From an uncultured Candidatus Saccharibacteria bacterium (GTDB lineage Bacteria; Patescibacteriota; Minisyncoccia; 2-02-FULL-40-12; GWA2-44-9), in assembly GCA_964488565.1 (NCBI GenBank), contig CAZAUE010000001.1:42687-106686 (forward strand): 64,000 nucleotides of DNA. Direction: 5' to 3'. The notes below the pieces were generated by a model. It ran no database searches. It saw only the letters and a program-made list of their open reading frames with translations, and was not told the origin of the DNA. Below, in pieces: positions 1-11,095 of this stretch (positions are counted from its first letter, which is position 1; each line of letters begins with the position of its first letter). A program made the position numbers and the translations under genes.

Positions 1-341
1 TCCCTACTGGTTAACGCTTCTAAAAAATTAGAAAAAGTATACGCAAAGTGACGCATCTCATAAATATAAGGATTTGTGCGAGACATCACCCTAATTTCTT
101 TTGTTTCAGCGCTTTCTTGTCTAATTAAGACCTGATAGCCACGACGTTTAAACCATCGGTCTAGTTCTACCAGATTACTGTCTTTACCGGCCTTATGAAG
201 ACCCATAAATTCAACAACAATCGGTTTCACGGGCACTTGGCTCTTTTTTCTCGGAGGATCAAGTTTGCCTAAAATATGTTTGGCAATATCACCAGAAACA
301 TCCGCATTCTTAAGATTAATACCACTTATAATGTCCGCCAT
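1..341 (-). CDS. P-loop NTPase (thymidylate/nucleoside kinase-like), runs off window edge
   Basis: Manual translation from ATG at 341: MADIISGINLK...IVVEFMGLHKAGKDS, a Walker-A-like motif after a hydrophobic strand; TTGACA/TACTCT promoter upstream. Confidence 0.55.
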   Translation of the reverse strand, partial: MADIISGINLKNADVSGDIAKHILGKLDPPRKKSQVPVKPIVVEFMGLHKAGKDSNLVELDRWFKRRGYQVLIRQESAETKEIRVMSRTNPYIYEMRHFAYTFSNFLEALTSR

Positions 342-425
342 TTCGTCTCTCTTTTTTTAAAAAATCTGACTAGAGTATCTCAAATTTTCTCTTTTTGTCA
401 ATTTAAAAAATGATTAAAAATCAAA

Positions 426-1433
426 CTAAATTCTTTCCCAATGAGAATCAATGTAGGCATTGGCTTCGGATAATTTTAAAGCCGTGGTTCCGTTTCCTGT
501 TCTTATGTAAAACTCTTCTGTATTATTGTCGTTTTTCAAATATGCAGGCTTGTGACTTGATAAAACATTCACCACACAACACTCTTTGCCATCTACATGC
601 GACCAGTTTAATTTCACGAATTGTCTAAATTCAGCTCCTATCATGTTGTGAAAAACTTGAGTAAAATGATTTTCAAAACCATCGGCATCTTTTTTGATGA
701 GGGAGCCATAATCAGAAGCCAAACCCACAATTGTTTTTTTATCGTCTACTCCTATTACCAAATGTCCACCCTGAGAATTAAGAAACGCAGCAATAGTTTT
801 CATTACTGATTTTTCAAGAACTTTATTTACTGTATTTTGTCTCATGTCCCAGCGAAAAGTGCTTTTAAATTCCAAATTCTCGTGTTCGTCTTTATTTAAA
901 AAATCTAAAACACCAGCCTTTGTGTTAATAGCTTCGGCTTCATTTTTGTTGTTAGCTGAAAATCTTTTGAATTTTAAAATTAAATCTACGTATTCTTCAG
1001 GAGTTGGGACATTTTCTAATCTAATCTTTTTATTTACATTGCTGTTTGTTAGTTCTATCGTTCCATATTTAGTAAGTTTTCCAAGAGGACTTTGACGATG
1101 ACTTACTGAAATAACATTATCAAGGGGAATCGCTGTTCTGTGACGATATAAAACACCACGAGTATGCACAATCTCACCTTTGCGGATTTGAAAAGATTCC
1201 CGATACCATCGGAAAAATATAAAAAACACAATCGCCGTTTCAGCTGAAAAGATGAGCAAGGCTTCAGCAATACGAAATGATATCGTGCGAGAAATAAACA
1301 AAGAGGTATAAATTTCTCCATAATCAGCTATCGCTCCGGCAATAAAAAAAGCGACGACTGCCATGCCCTGAAGCAAAATAAAATTTTTGACGATTACTAT
1401 GGGACTTTTTTTGACGATAATAGATTTATCCAT
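426..1433 (-). CDS. Membrane-anchored bacterial PH domain fused to AlbA_2 (Schlafen-like) domain
   Basis: Two N-terminal TM helices; bPH_2-like segment (RGVLYRHRTAIPLDNV...QSPLGKLTKYGTIEL); C-terminal EHENLEFKST...IAAFLNSQGGHLVIGVDD...FYIRTGNGT typical of AlbA_2. Confidence 0.8.
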   Translation of the reverse strand: MDKSIIVKKSPIVIVKNFILLQGMAVVAFFIAGAIADYGEIYTSLFISRTISFRIAEALLIFSAETAIVFFIFFRWYRESFQIRKGEIVHTRGVLYRHRTAIPLDNVISVSHRQSPLGKLTKYGTIELTNSNVNKKIRLENVPTPEEYVDLILKFKRFSANNKNEAEAINTKAGVLDFLNKDEHENLEFKSTFRWDMRQNTVNKVLEKSVMKTIAAFLNSQGGHLVIGVDDKKTIVGLASDYGSLIKKDADGFENHFTQVFHNMIGAEFRQFVKLNWSHVDGKECCVVNVLSSHKPAYLKNDNNTEEFYIRTGNGTTALKLSEANAYIDSHWERI

Positions 1434-1465
1434 TAATGACCAATCCTACCACTTTGAATTTTGAT

Positions 1466-1496
1466 GGTAAACCCCCACAAAGTGTGGGGGTTTACC
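1466..1496. repeat. Perfect 14-bp stem palindrome (terminator or REP-like) after copA
   Basis: GGTAAACCCCCACA-aag-TGTGGGGGTTTACC. Confidence 0.6.
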
Positions 1497-1513
1497 CAGA
1501 CTTTCAGGTGAAA

Positions 1514-3766
1514 TTAATTTGCCCTATATCTCTTTAATAGGAGTGAGTTAGAGACCACTGAAATTGAACTAAAAGCCATAGCAACTGAAGCAAAAATTGG
1601 ATTCAAGAGAAGTCCAAAAAATGGATACAAAACCCCCATCGCAACAGGAATGAGAATTATGTTGTATCCAAAAGCCCAAAACAAATTTAGTCTTATCGTT
1701 CTCATGGTTCTTTTAGACAACTGAATGGCCATGGCCACAGATTTCAAATCTTTGTTTATCAAAGTTATATCCGCAGCCTCAATAGCCACATCAGTTCCAC
1801 TTCCCATGGCTATGCCCACATCAGCCTGAGCTAGTGCTGGTGCGTCATTAACACCATCCCCAACCATGGCAACAAATTTTCCTTCGGCCTGAATTTTTTT
1901 AACCTCTGCTTCTTTTTCTTCTGGCAACACTTCAGCTAAAATTCTTTTGATTCCAACCTGACTCGCAATAGCACGAGCCGTTCTTTCGTTGTCCCCAGTT
2001 AACATAACAGGCTCTATTCCAAGTTTTACAAGAGCCTCAATCCCCTTTTTTGCACTTTCTTTTACGGTATCGGCAACAGCAATTAAACCGACCAGTTTGT
2101 TTTCAAATCCGAGCATCATTACAGTTTTACCACCTTCTTCTAGTCTATTATTTTCGGTCTCATAAGCACTCACTTCAATTCCTTCTTTTTCTGCTAATTT
2201 TTTATTGCCGAATATTATTTTTCTATCATCCACAAAACCCTCAACCCCATGGCCAGGAATTGCTTTAAAGTTTTTAATCGCAACGCTGGAAATGTTTTGC
2301 TTTTCAGCTTCTCGGATAATACTGTCCGCCAAAGAGTGCTCTGATCCTTTTTCAAGAGAAACAGCCAATTCCAATATTTTTTCTTTACTCAAATCAGATG
2401 TGGCAATAACATCTGTAACCTCCGGCTTACCATTAGTCAGTGTGCCAGTTTTGTCAAAAATTACAGTGTTAATTTTATGGGCAATTTCTAAACTCTCTGC
2501 ATCTTTAATCAATATGCCATGCTCTGCCCCCTTACCCGTCCCAACCATAATCGCCGTAGGCGTTGCTAGTCCCATAGCGCACGGGCAAGCAATTATCAAT
2601 ACCGTAACAGCACTTAAGATGGCTCTGAGCAAAACTGGTTCTGGTCCAAAATCGTACCACACGACAAATGTGGCGATAGCCAACATGATAACAATGGGAA
2701 CAAAATAAGAAGAAACTAAATCTGCCAAACGCTGAATAGGAGCCTTACTACCCTGAGCCTCCTGAACCATTTTAATTATCTGGGCCAACATCGTGTCCGA
2801 ACCAACTTTGGTGGCCTTAAAAATAAATGTACCAGTCTTATTAATGGTTGCCCCAACGACAATGTCATCTTTTGTTTTGTCTACAGGAATACTTTCTCCA
2901 GTTATCATTGATTCATCAATAGACGATTCACCTTCAATAATTATTCCGTCTACAGGAACTTTTTCTCCAGGTCGAACTCTTATCAAATCTCCCATAACGA
3001 CTTCGCTGATAAGAATATCTAATTCCTGCCTGCCGGCAGGCAGGTCTTTATTATCTCTTATCACTCGAGCGGTTTTCGCTTGTAAACCAATAAGTTTTTT
3101 AATAGCTTCAGAGGTTCCCGATTTGGCCTTGGCCTCAAAATAGCGACCCAAAAGAATCAATCCAATAATAATCGTGGCCACATCAAAGTATGGCATCGGC
3201 TCAACGCCAATGTTTTCAACAATTTGCGGAAACATGGTTACAAAAACTGAATATCCATAAGCAACCGTAGTTCCAATAACAACAAGGGTGTCCATGTTTG
3301 CGGTCCGATGCTTCAACGCTGGAATGGTTGCCCGATAGAAAATCCATCCCGCCCAAAACTGAACTGGTGTTGCCAAAATTAATTGAATCCAGAAATTTTT
3401 TAAGATTGATGGGGCTGTATCCATCAAAGCAGGAAAGCTTCCCCATAAAACCAAAAAACCTAACCCCAAACTCACAATCACTCTTGTGCGTAAATCATTT
3501 AATTCTTTTTGTTTTTCTACACACTCCTGATCTTCAGAACGAAATTCTTCTTTAATAAATGCCTTATAACCAACATTGGCCACCGCTGAAATTAATTTAT
3601 CATCCGTCGCCTTGTCTGAATCATATACAATCGTGGCTTTTTCGGTTACCAAATTAACATTTGCCTCCGATACGCCTTCAGTATTTTTTAGTGACTTCTC
3701 AATTATCAAAACACACGAGGCACAATGCATCCCTTTAATTGAGAAAGTTTTTTTAATTTTATTCAT
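1514..3766 (-). CDS. copA: Copper-translocating P1B-type ATPase
   Basis: GMHCASC HMA domain, [26 protein letters not shown]...MAFSS motifs. Confidence 0.95.
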   Translation of the reverse strand: MNKIKKTFSIKGMHCASCVLIIEKSLKNTEGVSEANVNLVTEKATIVYDSDKATDDKLISAVANVGYKAFIKEEFRSEDQECVEKQKELNDLRTRVIVSLGLGFLVLWGSFPALMDTAPSILKNFWIQLILATPVQFWAGWIFYRATIPALKHRTANMDTLVVIGTTVAYGYSVFVTMFPQIVENIGVEPMPYFDVATIIIGLILLGRYFEAKAKSGTSEAIKKLIGLQAKTARVIRDNKDLPAGRQELDILISEVVMGDLIRVRPGEKVPVDGIIIEGESSIDESMITGESIPVDKTKDDIVVGATINKTGTFIFKATKVGSDTMLAQIIKMVQEAQGSKAPIQRLADLVSSYFVPIVIMLAIATFVVWYDFGPEPVLLRAILSAVTVLIIACPCAMGLATPTAIMVGTGKGAEHGILIKDAESLEIAHKINTVIFDKTGTLTNGKPEVTDVIATSDLSKEKILELAVSLEKGSEHSLADSIIREAEKQNISSVAIKNFKAIPGHGVEGFVDDRKIIFGNKKLAEKEGIEVSAYETENNRLEEGGKTVMMLGFENKLVGLIAVADTVKESAKKGIEALVKLGIEPVMLTGDNERTARAIASQVGIKRILAEVLPEEKEAEVKKIQAEGKFVAMVGDGVNDAPALAQADVGIAMGSGTDVAIEAADITLINKDLKSVAMAIQLSKRTMRTIRLNLFWAFGYNIILIPVAMGVLYPFFGLLLNPIFASVAMAFSSISVVSNSLLLKRYRAN

Positions 3767-3774
3767 GGTTATAT

Positions 3775-4131
3775 TTATTCGGTTACAATAATTTTACCGT
3801 GAAACATGTTCATCCCACAGGTAAAATTAAACTCTCCCGCCTGTTTGGGAGTAATTTCAATTTCAACTTTTTTATTGAGTGGCAAATATTTTCGTATCTT
3901 GAAATCTCCCAACACAACTTCTTCTAAGCAACTCGAGGGGTCTTCGCGAGTAAAGTTAAGTTTCATGGTTTTTCCTTTTGGTATAGAAATTACATCGGGG
4001 ATATATCCACCCTTAACGGTTATGTCTATTGAACCAGAAGCTATAACCTTGTTTTCTTTCTTTAAAAGAAAAAACCAAAACACAAAAATCATACCGACAA
4101 CTCCTGATATTGTAATAATAGTTTCGTTCAT
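3775..4131 (-). CDS. Cupredoxin domain protein (CupA-like copper chaperone)
   Basis: N-terminal TM, GGYIPD, C...[12 protein letters not shown]; start placed at MNET because upstream codons belong to a MITE. Confidence 0.85.
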   Translation of the reverse strand: MNETIITISGVVGMIFVFWFFLLKKENKVIASGSIDITVKGGYIPDVISIPKGKTMKLNFTREDPSSCLEEVVLGDFKIRKYLPLNKKVEIEITPKQAGEFNFTCGMNMFHGKIIVTE

Positions 4132-4264
4132 CCCGCACTTATCGAGCATTGAGCTTTCCTATGCAGCTGAATTAGATGCACAATCCTCGATTATTTAATT
4201 AATTCATTATATCCCGCATCTTTGACGACACCTATCACGCTGCATATGCTCAATAAGTGCGGGA
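4131..4264. mobile_element. MITE-like element, 19-bp TIRs, 4-bp TSD (TTCA)
   Basis: TCCCGCACTTATCGAGCAT (4131-4149) / ATGCTCAATAAGTGCGGGA (4246-4264), 1 mismatch; TTCA at 4127-4130 and 4265-4268. Confidence 0.75.
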
Positions 4265-4282
4265 TTCATATAATTTGTTTTA

Positions 4283-5620
4283 TTAATTAATTACATTAAT
4301 TACTCCCGTGTACATACCCATTGAGCAACTGAATTTAATTGGGCCTGTATTTGTTGGGGTAAATTCTATTACATTAATTCCCTCTTGTAGGCTGGTAAAA
4401 ATATTGAACTTCGGAATCAGAAAGCTTGCTGAACAAGAATAAAGATTAGTCGCATTCACAAGCAATTTAACAGGAACATTTACTTTTACCGTGACCTTGT
4501 TTGGAGAGTATCCATTACCAAATTGGGTTATTTTTACAACCTGCTTTCCATCTTCAAATATTCCACTTACCTCTTCCTGTTTTGGAGTGCTTGGAAAATT
4601 CAAGACAATTCCGGTTAAATTATAGCCATAGGAAATATTTAGTACCCCCAAAACCATAACTACCAGTCCAGCAAATTTAAAGAAGTATCCCTTGAACCAA
4701 CCTTTTATGACAGAGGTTATTCCTCCTATCCCCAAAAGTCCGGGCATCGTCCCCAAAGCGAACAAGCCCATAATAAGAGCTCCTCTGGTAAAACTACCGG
4801 TACTTACGGCATACAACTGCATTGCTTGAGTAAAACCACAGGGCAAAAAGAAGGTTGCCGCTCCAGATAAAAAAGAATCTCTGTGTCTATATTCTTGATT
4901 TTCACGATTTATGCCAAAAAGTCGACTAAGACCTTTGGGCAAAGTAAAACTTTTTAAGCGTGGAAAAATCTCAATGAGTTTTAGTCCCAAAAACAACATA
5001 ACCACTCCCACTAACACTATCAACGTCCCTAAAACTGGACTTGAGAAACGAAACACTGAACCAACCAGACCAATTACGCCACCTAAAAGAAGATAGGAGG
5101 CCATGCGTCCCGCATTGAAAAACAAATGGGGACGAAATTTTTGAACCGGCGTAGCCTCTGGATGCAAAGCGGCGTGTCGAGCAGAAATACCAAGAACAAT
5201 TCCTCCAACCAAAGCCATGCAAGTAGAAATTCCAGCGGTTAGACCAATCAAGAGAACTACGACCAATCCTGGCGAATCACTAAACCCATAACTCAAATTA
5301 AATAATCCAAATATTTTCATTAGAAAATAAATGAACAACAAAACTCCGCCGGCAAAGAATAATTCTATGTAAGTCATGGAATCTTTGGACAAAAAAGATT
5401 CTTTTAATCCTATCCCCATACTATATCCAGAATCTTCTATCGCCTTTCTAATTTGTCCATCAGAAATGTTTTGCTGATTGTAGTAAACCTTAACAATGCC
5501 TTTGTGATAATTAACATCAACCTTTTTAACTCCTTGAACCTTGGAGACGATATTGTCTTCTACCAATATCTCACAGGAACGACAATGCATGCCTTTTACG
5601 TTATATGTCTTTTTATTCAT
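4283..5620 (-). CDS. HMA + DsbD_2/TauE-like membrane domain + cupredoxin fusion
   Basis: GMHCRSC; STCMALVGG and LPCGFTQ; C-terminal FSCSMGMYTG. Confidence 0.85.
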   Translation of the reverse strand: MNKKTYNVKGMHCRSCEILVEDNIVSKVQGVKKVDVNYHKGIVKVYYNQQNISDGQIRKAIEDSGYSMGIGLKESFLSKDSMTYIELFFAGGVLLFIYFLMKIFGLFNLSYGFSDSPGLVVVLLIGLTAGISTCMALVGGIVLGISARHAALHPEATPVQKFRPHLFFNAGRMASYLLLGGVIGLVGSVFRFSSPVLGTLIVLVGVVMLFLGLKLIEIFPRLKSFTLPKGLSRLFGINRENQEYRHRDSFLSGAATFFLPCGFTQAMQLYAVSTGSFTRGALIMGLFALGTMPGLLGIGGITSVIKGWFKGYFFKFAGLVVMVLGVLNISYGYNLTGIVLNFPSTPKQEEVSGIFEDGKQVVKITQFGNGYSPNKVTVKVNVPVKLLVNATNLYSCSASFLIPKFNIFTSLQEGINVIEFTPTNTGPIKFSCSMGMYTGVINVIN

Positions 5621-5686
5621 TTTGCGTTGAATTGCCCAATTTGGGACAAATAATTAAATCTTACCGAAAAGAGAATCCCCCGATTA

Positions 5687-5926
5687 CTAAAAACGAGGCG
5701 GGAGAAATATTTCTTCATTATAAAAAGTTCCGAGAATAAGTTCCTTGTTGATTATTTGTGTGGTTAAAAATACAACAAACATAACCGACACTGATGTCAT
5801 TATAAAAAGACTGGTCATGAGTATGTGACAGGCTTGTTCAGAACAGCTTTCATGAAAACCCAAAAGAGCCACTAGGGGGATGGCGACAAATAAGGCGACT
5901 AGTAAAATTGTGAGCGATTTAGACAT
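5687..5926 (-). CDS. Small membrane protein at head of copper operon
   Basis: Two hydrophobic segments flanking HESCSEQACH; ends in PPR. Confidence 0.5.
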   Translation of the reverse strand: MSKSLTILLVALFVAIPLVALLGFHESCSEQACHILMTSLFIMTSVSVMFVVFLTTQIINKELILGTFYNEEIFLPPRF

Positions 5927-6006
5927 TTCTTATACCCTATCAATGTTAAACCTAATTATACTCAAAATAGTGCTTAATGCCAATTTTGTGGTAAAGTGGT
6001 GAAGAT

Positions 6007-6684
6007 ATGAAAGACCCCAAATTCCCAATGCGCATAAACCAGTATCTTGCTTGGCAAAAGCACTCTACCCGCAGAGGCGGAGATGAGCTTGTCCAAAAGA
6101 AGCAGGTTCTAATCAACGGAAGATTTGCAGAACTTGGAGACAAGGTTAACGAGAAAGATATTGTGGAAGTATTAAAAAGCAAGAAGCCTACAGGCTATCT
6201 TTATTTTGCTTACAATAAGCCCGTAGGTGAAACAACAGATACTCCAATCTTTCTCAATAAAGACATATTTCCTCTTGGCCGATTAGACAAAGATTCTCAT
6301 GGTCTAATGCTCCTAACAAATGATGGAAGAGTCACCGACAGACTTCTTAACCCTGAATATGCCCATGAAAAAGAATACGTAGTTTCAACTAAAGAAAAAC
6401 TAAGAGCCAACTTCAAACAAAAAATGGAGGCGGGTGTGGACATAGAAGGATATAAGACAAAAAATTGTAAAATTGAAATCGTGAATGACTTTACTTTCAG
6501 AATAACCCTAACCGAGGGCAAGAAACATCAAATCAGAAGAATGTGTGTTGCTCTTCATAACGAAGTTCGAGATCTCAAGAGAACTAGAATAATGAATATT
6601 CGTCTAGAAAAACTACCCCCTGGTAGTCATAGATCTATCGGCGGAGAAGAACTCAAAACCTTTCTAAAAAGTTTAGGACTCTAG
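6007..6684 (+). CDS. RsuA/RluF-family pseudouridine synthase
   Basis: S4 domain, GRLDKDSHGL catalytic motif, EGKKHQIRRM. Confidence 0.92.
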   Translation: MKDPKFPMRINQYLAWQKHSTRRGGDELVQKKQVLINGRFAELGDKVNEKDIVEVLKSKKPTGYLYFAYNKPVGETTDTPIFLNKDIFPLGRLDKDSHGLMLLTNDGRVTDRLLNPEYAHEKEYVVSTKEKLRANFKQKMEAGVDIEGYKTKNCKIEIVNDFTFRITLTEGKKHQIRRMCVALHNEVRDLKRTRIMNIRLEKLPPGSHRSIGGEELKTFLKSLGL

Positions 6685-6688
6685 TTGC

Positions 6689-7921
6689 CTATTCGTAACG
6701 CAAAGCCTCGATGGGGCTCTTCATAGATGCTCGACGAGCTGGATATATACCAAAAATAAATCCTATTACAGTAGAGACTCCTACGCCCAACAATGCACCC
6801 GACCAAGGTGAAGAAAAAGGGAAATTCAGTCCGGCAAATTTATTAATTAAAATAGTTCCTGCATAACTTATTAATGAGCCTGAAATAATTCCGATAATAC
6901 CTCCGCTTGCTGTTAAAATTATCGCCTCAACCAAAAACTGGAAAAGAATATCCTTGTTTTTAGCACCCAAAGCTTTTCTGAGTCCTATTTCTCTTGTTCT
7001 CTCAGTTACAGAAACAAGCATTATATTCATTATTCCCACCCCTCCGACAACCAAAGAAATTCCAGCTATTGAAGCAAGGAGAATGGTAAGCATATCGGTT
7101 ATTTGAGTAAAAGTTTTAGCAGCCCCCTCTGGTGTTTGTACATAAAAATCAGCAGTTTGGCCCTCTTCCAGACCATGACTATCTCTTATTGTATTCCTCA
7201 CACTTTCAACCATGTCTGATAAAAGAGAAGAATCTGCGGTTCTGATAATTATTCTTTGAATGTAATCATACCCCAAAATATACTGCTGAGCCGTTGTGTA
7301 AGGAGTTATGACAACTTTGTCGTAATCCAAAAACAAAGACTGTCCCTTAGGCTCAAGAACCCCGATAACACGGTATGACCTGTCTTTTATTTTAACTTTC
7401 TCACCAACAGCATCCGACTCTCCAAAAAGTTCTTCCTTAACTTTTGAACCCAGAACAACAACAGCTGATTTTTGATCCACATCCTCATCATTAATAAATT
7501 CCCCATCTGAAAGTTCTAATTTATCTATAGTCTGATTGCCAGGAGAAGCACCCAAAAGAGATCCATAGAATTCTTCGGACTCAAAAAACACATTTGCTGG
7601 TCCAAAAACAAAAGGCACAATTAAATCAGCTTCTGGGACATTGATCTTGTTGCGAAGAGCAATAACATCTTTATCGTGCAAAGAATCAGTAAGCACACTG
7701 CCCTCACTAAAATCTCCTTCTTTCCCTGGTATTACAAAAATATTATTAGAACCAAAACTTTCAAGCTCTCCAAGAATAAACCCCTGAGCACTTCCACCGA
7801 GGGAGGTAACTATTGTAATAGCGGCGATACCAATAACTATCCCGAGAACAGTAAGCATTGTTCTTGCTTTATGTGTCGTAAGCCCCGATATCGCCATTTT
7901 TAGAATATCTTTAAAATCCAT
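6689..7921 (-). CDS. MacB-like ABC transporter permease
   Basis: LTVLGIVIGI, GGVGIMNIMLVSVTERTREIGLRKALGA, PIEALRYE. Confidence 0.93.
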   Translation of the reverse strand: MDFKDILKMAISGLTTHKARTMLTVLGIVIGIAAITIVTSLGGSAQGFILGELESFGSNNIFVIPGKEGDFSEGSVLTDSLHDKDVIALRNKINVPEADLIVPFVFGPANVFFESEEFYGSLLGASPGNQTIDKLELSDGEFINDEDVDQKSAVVVLGSKVKEELFGESDAVGEKVKIKDRSYRVIGVLEPKGQSLFLDYDKVVITPYTTAQQYILGYDYIQRIIIRTADSSLLSDMVESVRNTIRDSHGLEEGQTADFYVQTPEGAAKTFTQITDMLTILLASIAGISLVVGGVGIMNIMLVSVTERTREIGLRKALGAKNKDILFQFLVEAIILTASGGIIGIISGSLISYAGTILINKFAGLNFPFSSPWSGALLGVGVSTVIGFIFGIYPARRASMKSPIEALRYE

Positions 7922-7924
7922 AAT

Positions 7925-8644
7925 TTATTTCATGAGACCTGAACCAACCAATCTCCTGTTGGTTACAAGCTGATCCAACTCAATTTTTCCATCTTTTACC
8001 CTTATCATTCTTTTAGCAGATTGGGCCACATAGGTTTCATGGGTAACAATAATGATTGTGTGGCCTTGATCATTCAGTTTTTGTAAAAAATCTAATACCA
8101 CTTCACCTGATTTTGAATCCAAGTTGCCAGTTGGCTCATCGGCAAAAATAACTTTAGGGTTATTCACAAGAGCACGAGCAATGGCAACCCTTTGTTTTTG
8201 CCCTCCCGAAAGTTTTGAAGTTTTATAATCGGCTCGATCCTGAAGACCCACTAACTCAACCAAACCAGAAGCAATTCTTGTTCTTTCTGGTTCTCTTATG
8301 CCAGCATAAACGAGAGGCAATTTAATATTTTCTAAAACCGAAATACGAGGAAGAAGGTTAAATGCTTGGAACACAAAACCCATTTTATTATTCCTAAGGT
8401 AAGCAAGCTCATCATCGCTATAGTTGTCCAACAACTTACCCTCAATCAAATACTGACCCGATGTTGGTCTATCTAGACAGCCAAGAATCTGAAGGAGCGT
8501 TGACTTGCCCGATCCTGAAGGACCAACAATCGCAACAAATTCTCCTTCTTCAATACTAATACTGATATCATCAAGACCGACAGTTTCTATTTCATTGTCG
8601 TGATATATCTTAGTTAAATTTTTTATTTCAATAAGAGAGGGCAT
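7925..8644 (-). CDS. ABC transporter ATP-binding protein (LolD/MacB type)
   Basis: [33 protein letters not shown]. Confidence 0.95.
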   Translation of the reverse strand: MPSLIEIKNLTKIYHDNEIETVGLDDISISIEEGEFVAIVGPSGSGKSTLLQILGCLDRPTSGQYLIEGKLLDNYSDDELAYLRNNKMGFVFQAFNLLPRISVLENIKLPLVYAGIREPERTRIASGLVELVGLQDRADYKTSKLSGGQKQRVAIARALVNNPKVIFADEPTGNLDSKSGEVVLDFLQKLNDQGHTIIIVTHETYVAQSAKRMIRVKDGKIELDQLVTNRRLVGSGLMK

Positions 8645-8651
8645 CTTTAAA

Positions 8652-10355
8652 TTATTTCACCGAGGATTTATTGACAACGTTATCTCCAATTTTCAAACCA
8701 GACAGTATTTCTGTTTTGCCATCAGAACCTCTTAACCCTGTTTCCACAGGAACCTCAACCACCTTTCCTTCTTTAGTGGATGCCACAACCGCAAGGTTTG
8801 CTAAGTTATATGAAGCATCTTTTTGGGAAACATAAATTCTCACAAATTTCTTTCCATCTTTAGTTATAATATCTCGACTTGAAACGTAGACAACATCATC
8901 CTTTTTATTGGTTTGAATTTCAGCATCGGCAGTGAGACCTGAAAGTAGTTTGGGATTATTTTCATCAAATTCCAAGGTTACCTTGTAGGTTGCAACACTA
9001 TTCATGACTTGTCCTGCTGGATCAATGTGAACAACTTTAGCCTTTAACTTGTAATCTTTTCCATAAGCATCTAATGTCACTGTCGCATTATTTCCAATTT
9101 TAATTTTAGCAATATCGGCCTCTGATATGTTTGTTTCAATTTGAAACTTAGCATCTCCAACAATAGAAGCGACGGGGCTTTGTGGGGAAACAAGCTGACC
9201 AACTTTTACATCTATATTAACCACCATTCCATTAAACGGTGCCCGAATTGAATATTTGGCCAAATTATCAAGAGCATCTCTTACGGCAGATTCGCTCTGC
9301 CTTACAATGTTTTCCTGACTGGCAATATCAAGAGGATTGCTCTGTTGTTCTGTATCCAATAATCTTTGCGAACTTGCCAATGCTTGCTTATTAGAGGTTA
9401 TGGAGTTTTGAATGTTTGTAAGACTCGTTAAATGAGAGTTTAGTTGGTTTATATATCTTACGACCTCAGATTGATATGATGCTATTGGGGATGGTATTGG
9501 TGCAGAAGAATTATTATCTCGTAAATTATCTACGGTGGTATCAAGCACTATCTGCTCATCTCTTGCTACTTGAGACATTTTTTTGACTGTTTCTAGTGTC
9601 TCATTTATAAGTGCTATTAAAGCTTCTGGAGATGATGATCTTGTTGTGTTGTTATAATGCTCAAGATTAACTTCGTAAGACTTATCGGCAACATTATATT
9701 CATCAACCGTTTTTTTCAACAAAAAATCCATGACTTCTTTATCATTGCCAAGTGCTAAGTTTAAATAACCATTAACATTAGAATTGCCTGATTCTATTTT
9801 ATTATTATCGAGAAGCACACCTTTTATGCCTGAAATGGTGGCTGGCAAATCAAGAAAAGAATCGGAAACTTCATTAAACCCATTTTGATAAGCTGTATCA
9901 AGATTGTTTTGAGCAGTAATTATTGTATCCAGAATCTTGGGAATATCGTTTTGATTATTCAATCGGAGTTTGCTCAAAGCTATTTTTGCATTCTCAAGAT
10001 TAAGCTGAGCATCCCTAAGCGTTTTTTGAGCATCGCTGGCATTGAGTTGAGCAATCAGAGCACCAGAATTTACTTTCTGACCATTTATAAAAGCCACGTA
10101 TGACACCTTACCACCTTTTTCAAAAGAAAGATCAACAAACTGAGAGGAGACAACTCTGCCCGACACACTTACCTCCTGAATCACCGAACCTCTTTCAATC
10201 GCCTTTGCTTTATAAACCTCTTTCTCTGTGCGTCCAAAAGAAAACCACCCCAAAAGAAGAATGGCGATGGCAATAGTAATTGAGGTTTTTTTATAAGTTT
10301 TTAGAAATCTCCAAGATTTAATTATTAAGTTTTTCATTTTATTTATCATAGTCAC
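8652..10355 (-). CDS. Efflux periplasmic adaptor (MacA/HlyD-like) with long coiled coil
   Basis: N-terminal TM, lipoyl halves (IRAPFNG), SEADIAKIKIG, in operon with ABC genes. Confidence 0.85.
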   Translation of the reverse strand: MTMINKMKNLIIKSWRFLKTYKKTSITIAIAILLLGWFSFGRTEKEVYKAKAIERGSVIQEVSVSGRVVSSQFVDLSFEKGGKVSYVAFINGQKVNSGALIAQLNASDAQKTLRDAQLNLENAKIALSKLRLNNQNDIPKILDTIITAQNNLDTAYQNGFNEVSDSFLDLPATISGIKGVLLDNNKIESGNSNVNGYLNLALGNDKEVMDFLLKKTVDEYNVADKSYEVNLEHYNNTTRSSSPEALIALINETLETVKKMSQVARDEQIVLDTTVDNLRDNNSSAPIPSPIASYQSEVVRYINQLNSHLTSLTNIQNSITSNKQALASSQRLLDTEQQSNPLDIASQENIVRQSESAVRDALDNLAKYSIRAPFNGMVVNIDVKVGQLVSPQSPVASIVGDAKFQIETNISEADIAKIKIGNNATVTLDAYGKDYKLKAKVVHIDPAGQVMNSVATYKVTLEFDENNPKLLSGLTADAEIQTNKKDDVVYVSSRDIITKDGKKFVRIYVSQKDASYNLANLAVVASTKEGKVVEVPVETGLRGSDGKTEILSGLKIGDNVVNKSSVK

Positions 10356-10407
10356 TTATTATAACACATTTTAACAAATTTCACAAGCAGGAAGCGCTTA
10401 AATACAG

Positions 10408-10439
10408 AAACGCCCTCAGCCACACAGCTGAGGGCGTTT
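10408..10439. terminator. Intrinsic terminator after dsbA-like gene
   Basis: AAACGCCCTCAGC-cacaca-GCTGAGGGCGTTT. Confidence 0.7.
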
Positions 10440-10456
10440 AATGATAGTTTAAAAAT

Positions 10457-11095
10457 TTACTGGAGCTTCTCGTCTATTTTTTTCTTAAATGCATCAAAGC
10501 TTAGTCCCCCTTCAAATTTTTCTCCGTTAATGAAAAATGTCGGTGTTGAGTTAACACCAAGGGCTCGGGCATCGGAAAGATCTTTTTCAATAACATCCTT
10601 AAACTTATTCTGACTAACGGAATCCGCAAATGCCTTAACGTCTAATCCGAGCTCTTTAGCATAGCTGGCAAACATTTCTAATGCTTTTGGGTTTCCAGAC
10701 CACTCGTTCTGGTGCTCATAAAGCATGTTGCCCATTTCCCAAAATTTTCCTTGGGCTCCTGCGGCCTCAGCTGCCTGGGCAGAAATCATACCATTGGCAT
10801 GTTGAGGAAGGGGAAAATTTCTGGAAACAAAATTTACGTTTGGGTTTTCTTTGTAGATGTTTATAATCCTTTGAATAATAGGATTGGCATAAGCACATGC
10901 CGGACATTGATAGTCGGCAAACTCAACAATGTTTACCTTGGCCTCTTTGGTACCAGTCATATGACTTCCTTGACCAATTAGCAAATTGGAATCAGCAATT
11001 GGTTTGGATTCGTTGCTTGTATTGTAAATCAAGAGTGCAAACAAGGCGAAAAATACAATACCGATACTTGAAATAATTTTAGTTTCTTTGGACAT
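10457..11095 (-). CDS. DsbA/BdbD-family thiol-disulfide oxidoreductase
   Basis: EFADYQCPAC, FPLPQH, GVNSTPTFFING. Confidence 0.92.
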   Translation of the reverse strand: MSKETKIISSIGIVFFALFALLIYNTSNESKPIADSNLLIGQGSHMTGTKEAKVNIVEFADYQCPACAYANPIIQRIINIYKENPNVNFVSRNFPLPQHANGMISAQAAEAAGAQGKFWEMGNMLYEHQNEWSGNPKALEMFASYAKELGLDVKAFADSVSQNKFKDVIEKDLSDARALGVNSTPTFFINGEKFEGGLSFDAFKKKIDEKLQ

